Origin: Candidatus Poseidoniaceae archaeon
Lineage (GTDB): Archaea; Thermoplasmatota; Poseidoniia; Poseidoniales; Poseidoniaceae
Direction of reading: 5' to 3'
DNA length: 64,000 nucleotides
NCBI GenBank assembly: GCA_965662895.1
Contig: CBFIJH010000006.1
Span: forward strand, 56,924 to 120,923
Shown here piece after piece: positions 28,459 to 39,009 of this stretch; within the stretch, counting starts at the first letter, position 1, and each line of letters begins with the position of its first letter. The notes beneath the pieces were generated by a model. That model was not told the origin of the DNA and did not search any database. It saw only the letters and a list, made by a program, of their open reading frames with translations. A program made the position numbers and the translations under genes.

Positions 28459-29412
28459 TCATAGCGAATCCGTCGCTTCGACTAGTGCTCGTGCGATTGG
28501 TATCTCGCCCATCGAATGGCCTGCATCAGGAATCATGTGTAAGACCGAATTTGGGAGTTGCTTGTGAAGTTCCCAAGCGCTCTTTGGAGGGCAAACCATA
28601 TCATATCGGCCTTGAACAATTGTTGCTGGGATGTGGTCAATCGCTTGTGTATTCTTCAGGATGTATCCATCTTCAACGAAAATTCCGTTGATAAAGTAAT
28701 GGCATTCAATTCTTGCAAATGCTACTGCGAAGTCGAGATCTTCTGCCTTGTCAAGATATTCAGGGTCGGGAAACAGGCGACTTGTCGCCATTTCCCACCT
28801 CGTCCATTCTTTTGCTGCATTGCGTCGAACGTTGACATCTTCACTCGTCAATCGACTGTAATATGCAGGAATGAGGGTTGATTGCTCTTCTCTAGGAATG
28901 TGTTGTTGGTACGGTTCAAATGCATCTGGAAAGACATGACTTGCTCCATCTTGATAGAACCAATGCAGTTCTGATTTCCTACACATGAAAATGCCTCGAA
29001 GGATGAACGAACGGACGCGTTCTGGATGTGAAATCCCATAGATAAGCGATAATGTTGAACCCCAAGAACCCCCGAAAACATGCCACGTATCAATGTTGAA
29101 GTGGTTGCGAAGCGCCTCGATATCAGAGACAAGGTGCATGGTCGTGTTTTCTTCAAGATCAGCATAAGGTGTTGATTTTCCACAGCCTCGTTGGTCGAAC
29201 TGAATGATGTTCCATTTCTCTGGATCGAAATATTGCCGGTACGAGGGTTGGCTTCCTCCTCCAGGCCCTCCGTGAATCACGATGACAGGTATTCCATCAG
29301 GGTTGCCAGCACATTCCCATGCAATCGTGTGTCGGTCTGAAACCGACAGCATTCCAGTCGCATATGCTTCAATTTTTGGATACAAGACGTCATCGATGGA
29401 TTCTGAGCCCAT
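28459..29412 (-). CDS. pip: Prolyl (proline imino)aminopeptidase, peptidase S33
   Basis: HGGPGGG, FDQRGCGKS, VFGGSWGSTL, LRGIF, ARIECHYF, QGRYDMVCP and DAGHS. Start at MGSES (29412). Confidence 0.95.
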   Translation of the reverse strand: MGSESIDDVLYPKIEAYATGMLSVSDRHTIAWECAGNPDGIPVIVIHGGPGGGSQPSYRQYFDPEKWNIIQFDQRGCGKSTPYADLEENTTMHLVSDIEALRNHFNIDTWHVFGGSWGSTLSLIYGISHPERVRSFILRGIFMCRKSELHWFYQDGASHVFPDAFEPYQQHIPREEQSTLIPAYYSRLTSEDVNVRRNAAKEWTRWEMATSRLFPDPEYLDKAEDLDFAVAFARIECHYFINGIFVEDGYILKNTQAIDHIPATIVQGRYDMVCPPKSAWELHKQLPNSVLHMIPDAGHSMGEIPIARALVEATDSL

Positions 29413-29482
29413 ACTCCGACCGATGGGGATGAGGATGATGTTGCTTTCGATGCCTTTTTTGGACGTATTGACTCGCAGAAGC

Positions 29483-30109
29483 ATGAAGCAGGCAACGGAC
29501 ATATTCAACGACTGGGCACATCGAGGCAAAGATGAGGGTATGGAACGCGGGCATGGGCCTTCGGTCAGAGAAATGCTCGATGTTGCCATCGAACGTGTTC
29601 TTTCCAAGAACGAATCGTTTTCATTCGCTGATTTAGGATGCGGAAATGGTTGGGTTGTTCGATTGGCTGCTCAACATGAACAGTGTGTGAAAGCGGATGG
29701 ATTCGATGGTGCTGAGCACATGATCGAGAAGGCAAAAGCAGTTGATGGTAACAACGGATATCACCTTGCAATGTTTCCACAAACCAAACCTCCACAACAA
29801 TACAACCTCATTCATTCTATGGAATTCATCTACTATCTGCACGACCCGAAACAGATGTTGCAAACCATTCACGATGATTGGATGACTGAAGGAGGTTGGG
29901 CTGTCATCGGCATCGATCATTATCGCGAAAATGAGGAAAGTCTCGGTTGGCCACAAGCACTCGATGTGCACATGTCCACCTATTCCGAGAAGGAATGGAT
30001 TGCGATGTGGAACGACGTTGGCTTTACGAATATCCACGCTTGGCGAGCGAACAAGTCACCAGGCAAACCCGGAACGTTGGCCATCATTGGGATGAAAACT
30101 CAACATTGA
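29483..30109 (+). CDS. Class I SAM-dependent methyltransferase
   Basis: FADLGCGNGW motif I, GFDGAEHMI and SMEFIYY. Start at MKQAT (29483). Confidence 0.85.
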   Translation: MKQATDIFNDWAHRGKDEGMERGHGPSVREMLDVAIERVLSKNESFSFADLGCGNGWVVRLAAQHEQCVKADGFDGAEHMIEKAKAVDGNNGYHLAMFPQTKPPQQYNLIHSMEFIYYLHDPKQMLQTIHDDWMTEGGWAVIGIDHYRENEESLGWPQALDVHMSTYSEKEWIAMWNDVGFTNIHAWRANKSPGKPGTLAIIGMKTQH

Positions 30110-33100
30110 TCCCGAGTTCCATTCCTTGTGGGCCGCACATTCTCACATCGCCTTTGAAGAACGGACATTTCTTACAGGTATCGATAAATTCCATAGGGAG
30201 GCGTTTCGGTTCAACCGTACCGTTCGGATCAGCCGTTAACTTGGCCATCCAATCAAGGAGATTGAGCAGTTCCTTTTCAGCTTCTACGAACAGTTTCTCA
30301 GGCATTTCAACGAGCCTTCCTGTAGTTGCTATGAGTAAAGCAGGAGGGCGAATCTCTCGACGTTGATCGATTGGTTTTCTCTCCTCTTGACGGCGGTAGA
30401 CCAAAGAATAGAGGGTGAGTTGAAGCCTGTGATTTCGCAACATTTGATGTTCAGCATCGTTTAGTGGGGAAAACGAAAGTGGTTCTTTCAACGACTCGGC
30501 CAACGGGTGTGTTTCGAGTTGCGATTCGCGTGCACCAGAGGTTTTCAAGTCAACAACCTGCAACCATGATCGCCCTCCTTCAACACCTGCCAAGACAAGA
30601 TCTGCTTGTCCTTCAAACAGCAATTTTACGGAATTGATGAGAGTTAAATGCGACTGATTGAGTTGGGTGAGGGGCGTTCGTAGGAGACCTTCAAAGTTGA
30701 TATCATGATCATAAAAGAAAGAGGCTTCCGTACGCAATCCTTCGATTTGACGGCCATTCACTTCTTTGCCATCAACCATTCTTCCCAATGCTCCATTTGT
30801 GAGGCGTTGTGCAAGTTCAATGATTCTCTCACGGGTTTGTTTTTGTTCATCATAGGAGAGACGGTGCCACTCGGGTTGCGAGTGCAATGCGTCATCAATT
30901 TCCTCGGGTGAAAGAAGACGATTGTTTTGAGCGTTCAGCCATACTGGACCAAGATCAAACTTTTCCGAGATTATTGTTGCAGGGTTGGCCAATCCAATCT
31001 CGACAAGTCTGTGAAACATCGAACCAAATGATGTTGCAGTAGGCCAACCAATCGATGTTTGTTGCAAATCTTCTCCTCCTGAGCGGTCTTTGAACTCCTC
31101 TTCTGTATGGGTCGGACTTGAATATCCTGTGATCTGAAACGGTTCGCTTTGCCAGCCTCTCATATGCGATAACCAGTATCGACGGCGGCATGAGTTTGCA
31201 GTATCTAATCCGTGTGCAGTCATCCGGAGTAAAGGTGATTGGTGAACCAATTGTTGTTCGATTTCCGACTCCACGCTTGATTGTGCCAGTTGGTCTTCAA
31301 TCGCTAACCAATTCGATAAAACAGATGTTGATGTTTGGGTTGAAAAGCAATCGGGATGATGATACATCCGTAACTGTTGAAGCGAGCCTTCCATGAACCC
31401 GCTGGTTTGGAAAAGAGCAAAGGGGTTGAATTTGAGTTCTTGCTCGCCGTATTCCTCCAAGCGTTCACCAAGTACGTCGTTTTCAAGGCTCCAAACTTGT
31501 TCATTTCCAGAGCACAGCCCCATGTATCGGAAACCGTCAAGCATCAAATCACCCATGTTGTTGCCCTTTGACTTCACCTTCATCGTAACCATCGAATTTT
31601 CATCGATGGAGCAGGAAGCATTTGGAGAGCCAACGAAAATGAGGCGGTCTTTGACTCGCGTGAGTGCTACGTAGAATTGGCGTCGTAGTTCCGCTTGGTT
31701 CTGGGCCCGGTTCAATTGTTCTGCTAACATCCAAAGAGCATCTTCGGGTTTGTCCTTTGATTTCCATGGCTGAATCCTTCCAGCAATGACATCGGGCGTA
31801 ATGAGAACGTTGTTTTGTGCTTCAATGCTTGAACTACGGCGCCCTGCTTCAAACAGTCCAGTAACCACGACAACTGGCGCCTGCAGTCCTTTTGCACCAT
31901 GGATTGTCATGATTTGAATGGCTCCACTGGTTGGTGTTGAACTCGCTTGAGGCCCCTTATTTCCAAGTGTGGAATAGGCACGCATTTGTTCTCGAATTGC
32001 TCCTGGTTCATGGCCTGTATCCGAACCAATTTTTTGAACCAATGCACACCACATCTCGGCCACCTGCCTTTCGGACTCATCGGGGAATGCAATCAACAAA
32101 TCGCTGTAATCCAATACGGCGTCGAAAACCTCGTACATTGCTCCGTGTTGAACCAATTTGGAAAATGCAGTAAGAAGTGGTCCTTGTGGTTCTGAAGCGA
32201 AATATTCTGCAGAATGGAGGAAATAATTTTCCACATCGCTCGCCTCAAAAATTTCCTCAAGTTGAATGGAGGAGGCCCCGATGATTGGCGAGCGGAGAAG
32301 AGAATGCGCAGCATGTCTCGAATGAGGTTGGGCAAGGAGATCCAATACTGCCATCAATGGTTGAACCACTGGTTGTTTGAGCAACTCTCCTTGCTTATCC
32401 GCCATGACTGGTAAACCTCTCGACTGAAGACGCTCAACTAGATCAGGAATATGTTTGCGAGAATGAACCAGAATCATGATGTCGTCAGGAGATACGCAAT
32501 CTTCGGGTTCAACATCGACATATTCACCTTCTTCAGCGGACCATATACGGGTTGGTGAACCTCGAACCAAAGCATCGAGCCTTGATGCGATGAGTTCATG
32601 TTCCAAATGGCGAAGATTTGCATTTCTTGCATCATAGAGATTGTATCCTTCAAGCATATCCAAAGGCAATACCTCGGCATTTCCTTGTGTTGGAAGAAGC
32701 CATTCAATCGCTCCAACACGAGAGGTTTCACGACCTGCCTCAAGCGGTTGCGCCGTTGCATGAAAATCGCCCGGGAACTGGTGATGTCGAGCATCGAATG
32801 TATCATCAAACATGTTATTGAGCGTACGAAGCAATCCAGGGGCTGTTCGGAAATTTGTTCGCAATTGAATGTGCCCCTCTGCGCGCTCTTGGGCACGATC
32901 ATCATGCAATGCAAGCCCTGCATCATCAATGCCAAACGAAACAAAGTCCCAAGGAGCTGACTGCTCTTCTCGAGAATAGTCGGATGCCTGAATAAACGAG
33001 CCCGATTCACCCCCTGCACCAACTGGGCGAGGGTCACGACCAAATCCTTCTCGAGTAAACGATTCCAACCTTGATTCATTTTCTTCCATTGCATTCGCAA

Positions 33101-35057
33101 CACGAATGGATGCAACCATACGACGCATGACCGTTACTTCGGCTTGTCTGAATCGGTAAATGCTCTGCTTCATGTCGCCGACTATGCAGATGGTTGGATC
33201 CCATGGACCGGCCGGTGCAGGATGCTCCTCTGAAATCCCCTCTCGACGACCCCAGAGCCGGGAAAGAAGACGTGCATGCTCAGGGTTTGTATCCTGATAT
33301 TCATCAATAATGAATGCTCGATATCGGGCTCGGATTTTTTTCAAAAGGGCGAAGCGGCGTTGCAAATCCTGATGTTTTTGTTCATCTCCTTGCAGAAGAG
33401 TTAGCGCCCTTCGTATGTGTTCATCTGACCAAGACTCGGCCCCGAGATCATCCAATGCTTGAACAGCTTCCGGAGGATACCAATGCCGGACAATTGCGGG
33501 ACACCGAACAAGCAACAAATCCCCTACCATCACTTGAACATCATCAAAATCATGCGCTTCCTCCTGAGACTTTAGATGACGAAGCAGATCCTGACACCCA
33601 GAATGAACAGTGTACAAATCATTCAGTACGTCGACCTGAAGTTCTTTTGAAACACGCATCTTTGCTTGAGGGGGGTCTGTACCGAATTCAAGATTAAGGG
33701 GGCTTTGATCATAACGTTCATTGGCGTCTCTGTATAGGAAGGGTAGCGATGGATTTAGACTGTAAGCAACCTTGGAAAGCATGAAAACAAGTCGTCCGTC
33801 ATCTGGGTTGTGGATTCTGTCCTGCAATCGTTGTGCTGCATTCGATGCAAGTGTTGAAATTTGAGATTTCAGGGTTTTGTCGTTCTTTCCTTTGAGCACC
33901 GAGGACCAAGTCATCAACCCTGCAGGCCAACCTGCCAGCGAATTGCTACGTGGAAAGTTTCCACCTTTGAGAAGAATTGGCGTAACCTCGTTTAATTGGG
34001 AAAAGGAAGCGGCTGCGGATACAACTTGATACAGCCACTTGAGCCGTTCTATTGGGCCGTCTGGCAATGGCTCCCTTGCAAGATGGGCGAGTTGATTGAA
34101 TCGCGTGTTGGTTGTTTCCACTTGTGCTGGTGCGACAAAGATGGAATGATATTGCAGAAAAATATCCGCCCATTCATTGAGTATGGTTTGAACATCCTCA
34201 ACCACTGGATCGATTCGATCTTGGCATTCCTGTAAAATCATATCTTCAATCAATCGATAATCTGGAGGCGTTCCACCGTCCCATGGTACGTTCAGGCGAA
34301 TTGAACGTGATCGAAGACGACGCCTTGATTCCTCAACGAAAAGGGACGATTCAAGAAGGCCTTCCAACACGGTCTGAGCACTTTGTTGGCCACCGAGCCG
34401 GATGGCCAATCGGTTCCGGGCGGAGATGAAAGCATCAGCAGATTGAAGCATTCCAGCCTCAATTGCATCGCGTGCATTACGAATCCTCCACGCTGCATTT
34501 AATGCCTGACTTCGAAGAAGTGGAGCCTTTTCTTCAGGCAATTGATCTCTGCTCAAATGAATAGCGACTGAATCGATATGCGGTGCTAGAATCTCAGAGA
34601 GAAAAGCGTCGATTGTTGAAATTGGTGCGGTCTCAAGCAGCGACATAAGCATCGAAACATCGCCTTGATGGCGAAGGCGAGGGTCATGAATTCCCATCCT
34701 ATCATCTTCTTTGACCGGGTTTGCACGAAGTGACTGAATCCTTTGACGAATACGAGAACGTAACTCAGATGCAGCTTTACGAGTGAATGTAATTGCAACG
34801 ATTTCTTGCGGCAAAAGGCCTTTCCACTCGTTCAATGGTGTCCGTTCACGCTTCGCAGCCATGACTTTCCCAGAGCCAAATGGCTCTTGCCGAATTGGAG
34901 GAGGCAGAACATATGTTGCTCGTTGTTCGGCAGAGAGGAGGTGTTGTACGTAACGTTCTGCCATGACAGTCGTTTTTCCAGTTCCTGCTCCAGCGTCCAA
35001 GGCTATATGCTGGTCGAGATTTAGTCCAAGACGTTGACTTCGGTTGAATGACATCAT
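30084..35057 (-). CDS. addA: UvrD/AddA-like SF1A helicase-nuclease
   Basis: AGAGTGKT, AITFTRKAA, STIDAF, IIDEYQD, VGDMKQSIYRFR, TNFRT, MTIHGAKGL and FYVALTR; C-terminal RecB-type nuclease GQADL...VDLKT...QLTLY. Confidence 0.85.
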   Translation of the reverse strand: MMSFNRSQRLGLNLDQHIALDAGAGTGKTTVMAERYVQHLLSAEQRATYVLPPPIRQEPFGSGKVMAAKRERTPLNEWKGLLPQEIVAITFTRKAASELRSRIRQRIQSLRANPVKEDDRMGIHDPRLRHQGDVSMLMSLLETAPISTIDAFLSEILAPHIDSVAIHLSRDQLPEEKAPLLRSQALNAAWRIRNARDAIEAGMLQSADAFISARNRLAIRLGGQQSAQTVLEGLLESSLFVEESRRRLRSRSIRLNVPWDGGTPPDYRLIEDMILQECQDRIDPVVEDVQTILNEWADIFLQYHSIFVAPAQVETTNTRFNQLAHLAREPLPDGPIERLKWLYQVVSAAASFSQLNEVTPILLKGGNFPRSNSLAGWPAGLMTWSSVLKGKNDKTLKSQISTLASNAAQRLQDRIHNPDDGRLVFMLSKVAYSLNPSLPFLYRDANERYDQSPLNLEFGTDPPQAKMRVSKELQVDVLNDLYTVHSGCQDLLRHLKSQEEAHDFDDVQVMVGDLLLVRCPAIVRHWYPPEAVQALDDLGAESWSDEHIRRALTLLQGDEQKHQDLQRRFALLKKIRARYRAFIIDEYQDTNPEHARLLSRLWGRREGISEEHPAPAGPWDPTICIVGDMKQSIYRFRQAEVTVMRRMVASIRVANAMEENESRLESFTREGFGRDPRPVGAGGESGSFIQASDYSREEQSAPWDFVSFGIDDAGLALHDDRAQERAEGHIQLRTNFRTAPGLLRTLNNMFDDTFDARHHQFPGDFHATAQPLEAGRETSRVGAIEWLLPTQGNAEVLPLDMLEGYNLYDARNANLRHLEHELIASRLDALVRGSPTRIWSAEEGEYVDVEPEDCVSPDDIMILVHSRKHIPDLVERLQSRGLPVMADKQGELLKQPVVQPLMAVLDLLAQPHSRHAAHSLLRSPIIGASSIQLEEIFEASDVENYFLHSAEYFASEPQGPLLTAFSKLVQHGAMYEVFDAVLDYSDLLIAFPDESERQVAEMWCALVQKIGSDTGHEPGAIREQMRAYSTLGNKGPQASSTPTSGAIQIMTIHGAKGLQAPVVVVTGLFEAGRRSSSIEAQNNVLITPDVIAGRIQPWKSKDKPEDALWMLAEQLNRAQNQAELRRQFYVALTRVKDRLIFVGSPNASCSIDENSMVTMKVKSKGNNMGDLMLDGFRYMGLCSGNEQVWSLENDVLGERLEEYGEQELKFNPFALFQTSGFMEGSLQQLRMYHHPDCFSTQTSTSVLSNWLAIEDQLAQSSVESEIEQQLVHQSPLLRMTAHGLDTANSCRRRYWLSHMRGWQSEPFQITGYSSPTHTEEEFKDRSGGEDLQQTSIGWPTATSFGSMFHRLVEIGLANPATIISEKFDLGPVWLNAQNNRLLSPEEIDDALHSQPEWHRLSYDEQKQTRERIIELAQRLTNGALGRMVDGKEVNGRQIEGLRTEASFFYDHDINFEGLLRTPLTQLNQSHLTLINSVKLLFEGQADLVLAGVEGGRSWLQVVDLKTSGARESQLETHPLAESLKEPLSFSPLNDAEHQMLRNHRLQLTLYSLVYRRQEERKPIDQRREIRPPALLIATTGRLVEMPEKLFVEAEKELLNLLDWMAKLTADPNGTVEPKRLPMEFIDTCKKCPFFKGDVRMCGPQGMELGINVEFSSQ

Positions 35058-38000
35058 TTCAACTCACCTCCAATCGATGCTGATGGACATGCACTCTGAA
35101 GGGAACAGTAGGAGCAATGCGCCCCAGGTGTTGGATGGTTCCAGCCTAGTTCACTCGCTTTTTGCGCTCGAAGAGCAACTGTAATCCGTGAGTTCAACCA
35201 TGCTCGGAAACTGTTGCTTTCCGGACTTGCGTCTTCATTAGGAATGCGGAAATGGTTTGTCGAGTATGTGGTTGATCTCCCGATATTGAGGTGTGAGGTA
35301 AGGTGAAGGAAACTCGGATCGACCTCGACAAAGTGCACAGTATCATCCCCAACTTCTGAGATACCAACACCGATAACCCGATCGCCAGGGTGTGCTATCT
35401 CCCAAGCACGAGCATACAAAGCAAGTTGGATTTCCTTGAAGAGACCAGAGACATGACGTGCTCCTGCATGACCAGGTTTTGGCCCCTCTATGGTTTTGAT
35501 GTCTCGAATGATGATGAAGCGTTTTGCTGGGCCTTCTTTGCCGAAAAAAATCAACGGGATTGCCCCTGCATCTTCTGCAAACAGACCTTGTTGAGTCAGG
35601 TTTTCGATATCCTCTTCGGAAAAGACAAGGTGATCGACGCGATCGATACGGCCACGTACTCGTAACGTGGACAGTTCCATTGAGTCATTGAGTCCTTCAA
35701 GATCAACATGCAATTGACCTTCTCTCTGAAGAGCCCATTCACTAGCAATAGGAGCAGCCGATGTTAATTCAAGGTCGGCAAGAAGGAGGCGCCCTAACCG
35801 CCCACCAATCGGCAATTCCTGAGTACCCTCAATCCACGCATTCCACGCTTCTGGCGAGCATCCAATCAAATCGTTGCAGCGGTGAACAGAGACGGCATTG
35901 GTTCTTGCGAGCCACGGTGCAAGTTCTGACAACCGTTGCAAAACACTTCCCCATATCTCTTCAACAGAGCACTGTATGCCAAGGTGCATTGGTGAACCAA
36001 TCAAAAGCGGTTGGCCACCAACTTCGATTCCAAGCATCGTCAAAATGTGTTCTTCAATCGAGTGAACAAGCGTTCCTTTCGTTAATGGAGCGATGTCCTC
36101 AGAGGGCTCTGGCGACGATTCTGTAGCATGCAGCACTTGTTCTGTCCAAGCTTGACGAGGACAAATTAACCACGGATTCAATCGACTCGTAGACCAAGTC
36201 TTTGCTTCCGAATCCTTGTGTTTCGTTGTAAGGATTGCATCCAACGAATCTGAATTGTATTGTGGTGGAGGAAGTGGCCTTGGGTCAATGGAGGGGCCTC
36301 GCGAAATTCCATTCCTTTTGAATCCAAGATGGGGGTAATCAGCTGCAGTTCTACCCCCAGCGACCTTCGCTTGAGAAACCGTTGGTTGGACAATAACGCT
36401 CGTAGTCGTCAAGAGATTCTTTCTCAATGACCAATCCATTGTGCTCCCATTTTCCAGTGATTTGAACGTTGGCTGGCGTCGTAAACGATCGATGTGGATG
36501 TCCCGTTCGTATCGAGACGCGATTGCATTGGATGACTGAACAACCGCACTTGGTTGGCGGGTTGCTTTGAGTTCAAGCCCTGCTTGTTGCTGTTGGTCTC
36601 GTAGAGAATTCTCGGCTCGTTCAAGGGTCACCTCATGACCGTGAATAGCCAATGATGAGGTGCAATAGGTCACAACATTGCCATCCTCTCGAGATATCAT
36701 TGACCATCCAGCACCGTCCGAGAGGGAGGTTTCAATAAAGAATGGAGGACTCCTCAGTTGATTCAATTTACCATCCAGTTCCACAATCGAAAGATACTCT
36801 GCAAGCGGTGTTGAATTCCCCGTTGATTCATCGTATTCCGTTTCAAACAGGAGCGCTTGCGTGCTAGCATTGAGCAAGGATTTGAACAAATGGCGAGATC
36901 GTCGAATTGGGAGATCTCCGTCAGTCAAGCCAAGTTCAACTCGCACTGAATCGTCAACCCAAGGAATGCGATCTGGTTTCATCGACCAGGATTCTGAATC
37001 GAGACCAACAAACATTGTGATATCTGCTTTGGCTCCATAGGCCTCAAGAGGCGTGCAAACGAGGACATCGGAATGTTCAACCCGTGGCGTTGGTAACTTT
37101 GTTTCCTCAGCAGCGAGTCTGCACAAATCAGTGAAATTGACGCTCGAGTCATATTGAAGCAATGCATCGATTGTTTGGACCCAAGCTTGTATTGCTCCTA
37201 CTGAAGCGTCGTATCTTTGGGTTCGGCCGAATAAACTCTCCCAATCGCATGCGCTCAGCATCAACGAAAGGACGTCCCTCGGAGACAAGGTTGCTCTCGG
37301 TAAAGGAAGATTTACGCTTGATGATGTCCCAATGAATTCTTTTTCGAGGTATGTTCGTTCATCGTCATTCAACAGTGCTGACCAAGAGATTGCGAGGCAT
37401 TGGAACCACCATTGTGTTTCCTCCAGTTTTCTCATCTCTTCTTTTCGACGGTAGTCCTCCATCGAATATGGCTTTGCAGCAGACAATGAACCAAGCCATC
37501 GTTGCAGAGCACCTTTTCCACCGAGAACATGAAAACTCCGCCCGATGTTCTCAATCACATCCAAGTGAGGCCTGGGCCGCCAATCTTTATGGACGGGGTG
37601 TTCTAGTTCTGAAAACAGATTGTCCAAGATAGGGAATGCGCGTGATTGGACAATGTCAAACAACTTTGTAGCAGACCAAGCATCTTGGCCGTTGGAGATG
37701 GACAAGAAACGAAGAATCGCTTGAACGGCTGATGAACTGCCAACGACATCCACTTGGGTGTTGCATGTTATCCCAATTTGATGCAATCGGCGAACCCAAT
37801 CGGTATGTCTATGTTTATCTGCATCAACAAGTAAAACTGAGCCTGTTGAATGATTTTTGTACAGTTGTAAAGCCGAGATCGCTGCATCCATCACTTGATT
37901 CGCTTGGTTGAAACTCAAAATATGAACGCCCTCTGTTGTGTAATCATTCAATTTCGATTGCCGATCGAAAATCTGGTGTTGAGGGACCCAGGTTGGCAGT

Positions 38001-38746
38001 TTTTCCTCGACCTCAATCGCTTTGATTTCATCATCGATGTACGCCCCGTGGAATCCGAGGCGGAAAGACCCAGAAACGCATATGTGATGAAGCGGGCGGC
38101 GAGAAGACAGGGCTTTGAAAAACTGCTTTTCAAGTTCGGAAAAATCTGGTGGGTGATTGAGGAGAACGATTCCAGAAATTGTACCAATCGTATACGGAAC
38201 AGAGACTTCTGCATCCAACAGGTAGGAGGAAATCCGGGAGAGCACATGATGTTCATGAAGAAGACCTTCTTTTTGGAATGTCGAGAGAATTCGCTCTGCT
38301 TCATACGCGCCGGGATCTTCCCCCCATTTCGAAAGAATTTGTTGGTTGGTCGCATATGAATGGAGTTTGAGTAAGCGTTCCGATTTTGAGACTGTCCATG
38401 GTCGAGTCGGATCAGGATGAAGACGAGGGAAACGATGTTGCAGTGCATTTGTTGCAAATTTATCATGAGCTTGGATAAGACCAACCGATGATTTTGGAAC
38501 CACCACTGGAAATCGAAAATCAATGGCAAGGGATGTGACAAGACCTTGAAATGTTGTATGTCTGCTGGAATCTACTGTGCCAGTTTCTTGCAGAATGGAT
38601 TGAATCGAATTCGTGCGGGTTCTTTCGTTTGGATAGATTACAAGGAGGTCATCGCGCCCATTTGCTATATCTGCAAGTAGCCATGGAGGGACAATAGTCT
38701 CTGGAGGGCATGGTTCAACTGTGATGTTCAATCTTTGACCCCCCAC
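35054..38746 (-). CDS. addB: AddB-like protein: inactive helicase-like N-terminus plus PD-(D/E)XK nuclease with Fe-S cysteines
   Basis: WSTSRLNPWLICP, KGTLVH, RGRIDRVD, RDIKT, QLALYA and CSYC-x5-C; ATGA-coupled to addA. Confidence 0.78.
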   Translation of the reverse strand: MGGQRLNITVEPCPPETIVPPWLLADIANGRDDLLVIYPNERTRTNSIQSILQETGTVDSSRHTTFQGLVTSLAIDFRFPVVVPKSSVGLIQAHDKFATNALQHRFPRLHPDPTRPWTVSKSERLLKLHSYATNQQILSKWGEDPGAYEAERILSTFQKEGLLHEHHVLSRISSYLLDAEVSVPYTIGTISGIVLLNHPPDFSELEKQFFKALSSRRPLHHICVSGSFRLGFHGAYIDDEIKAIEVEEKLPTWVPQHQIFDRQSKLNDYTTEGVHILSFNQANQVMDAAISALQLYKNHSTGSVLLVDADKHRHTDWVRRLHQIGITCNTQVDVVGSSSAVQAILRFLSISNGQDAWSATKLFDIVQSRAFPILDNLFSELEHPVHKDWRPRPHLDVIENIGRSFHVLGGKGALQRWLGSLSAAKPYSMEDYRRKEEMRKLEETQWWFQCLAISWSALLNDDERTYLEKEFIGTSSSVNLPLPRATLSPRDVLSLMLSACDWESLFGRTQRYDASVGAIQAWVQTIDALLQYDSSVNFTDLCRLAAEETKLPTPRVEHSDVLVCTPLEAYGAKADITMFVGLDSESWSMKPDRIPWVDDSVRVELGLTDGDLPIRRSRHLFKSLLNASTQALLFETEYDESTGNSTPLAEYLSIVELDGKLNQLRSPPFFIETSLSDGAGWSMISREDGNVVTYCTSSLAIHGHEVTLERAENSLRDQQQQAGLELKATRQPSAVVQSSNAIASRYERDIHIDRLRRQPTFKSLENGSTMDWSLRKNLLTTTSVIVQPTVSQAKVAGGRTAADYPHLGFKRNGISRGPSIDPRPLPPPQYNSDSLDAILTTKHKDSEAKTWSTSRLNPWLICPRQAWTEQVLHATESSPEPSEDIAPLTKGTLVHSIEEHILTMLGIEVGGQPLLIGSPMHLGIQCSVEEIWGSVLQRLSELAPWLARTNAVSVHRCNDLIGCSPEAWNAWIEGTQELPIGGRLGRLLLADLELTSAAPIASEWALQREGQLHVDLEGLNDSMELSTLRVRGRIDRVDHLVFSEEDIENLTQQGLFAEDAGAIPLIFFGKEGPAKRFIIIRDIKTIEGPKPGHAGARHVSGLFKEIQLALYARAWEIAHPGDRVIGVGISEVGDDTVHFVEVDPSFLHLTSHLNIGRSTTYSTNHFRIPNEDASPESNSFRAWLNSRITVALRAQKASELGWNHPTPGAHCSYCSLQSACPSASIGGELK

Positions 38747-38767
38747 TCCTTAGCAAAGTAGACGACC

Positions 38768-38775
38768 GTATAAAA
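38768..38775 (-). promoter_or_regulatory. TATA box of the addB-addA operon
   Basis: The minus strand reads TTTTATA about 25 nt upstream of the GTG start at 38746 (leaderless geometry). Confidence 0.5.
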
Positions 38776-38860
38776 GCAAACGTGCGCGAGTTTTGTTATT
38801 TTTCTTGATCTCGTCATGAAGATAGATTGTTCTTGTCGGAATGCGGGGCAGAGCATTTCG

Positions 38861-38881
38861 AAACAAGAAACATTCTTGTTT
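38861..38881. promoter_or_regulatory. Palindromic operator-like site AAACAAGAA-N3-TTCTTGTTT
   Basis: Perfect 9-bp inverted repeat in the divergent addB/TFB-like intergenic region, flanked by GAGCA...TGCTC. Confidence 0.45.
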
Positions 38882-39009
38882 TGCTCATATTCAATCATGA
38901 ATGTCAAGATTTAAATAGTTTCCAAGGCATGTATATCCTCCGGCGTGTCTTTTTACCCCCTTAGGCTTCGAATAGTTTACGAGTGTAAATTGAATCATGT
39001 TGGATAAAA

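Noticed and set aside
29282-29607. Apparent head-to-head overlap of the pip and methyltransferase ORFs
   Set aside because: Artefact of longest-ORF calling; plausible starts at 29412 (-) and 29483 (+) leave a 70-bp divergent gap.
35054-36200. Cas4-like nuclease with Fe-S cysteines suggesting CRISPR-Cas
   Set aside because: It is the C-terminal domain of the AddB-like protein; no cas genes or repeat-spacer array were seen in the window.
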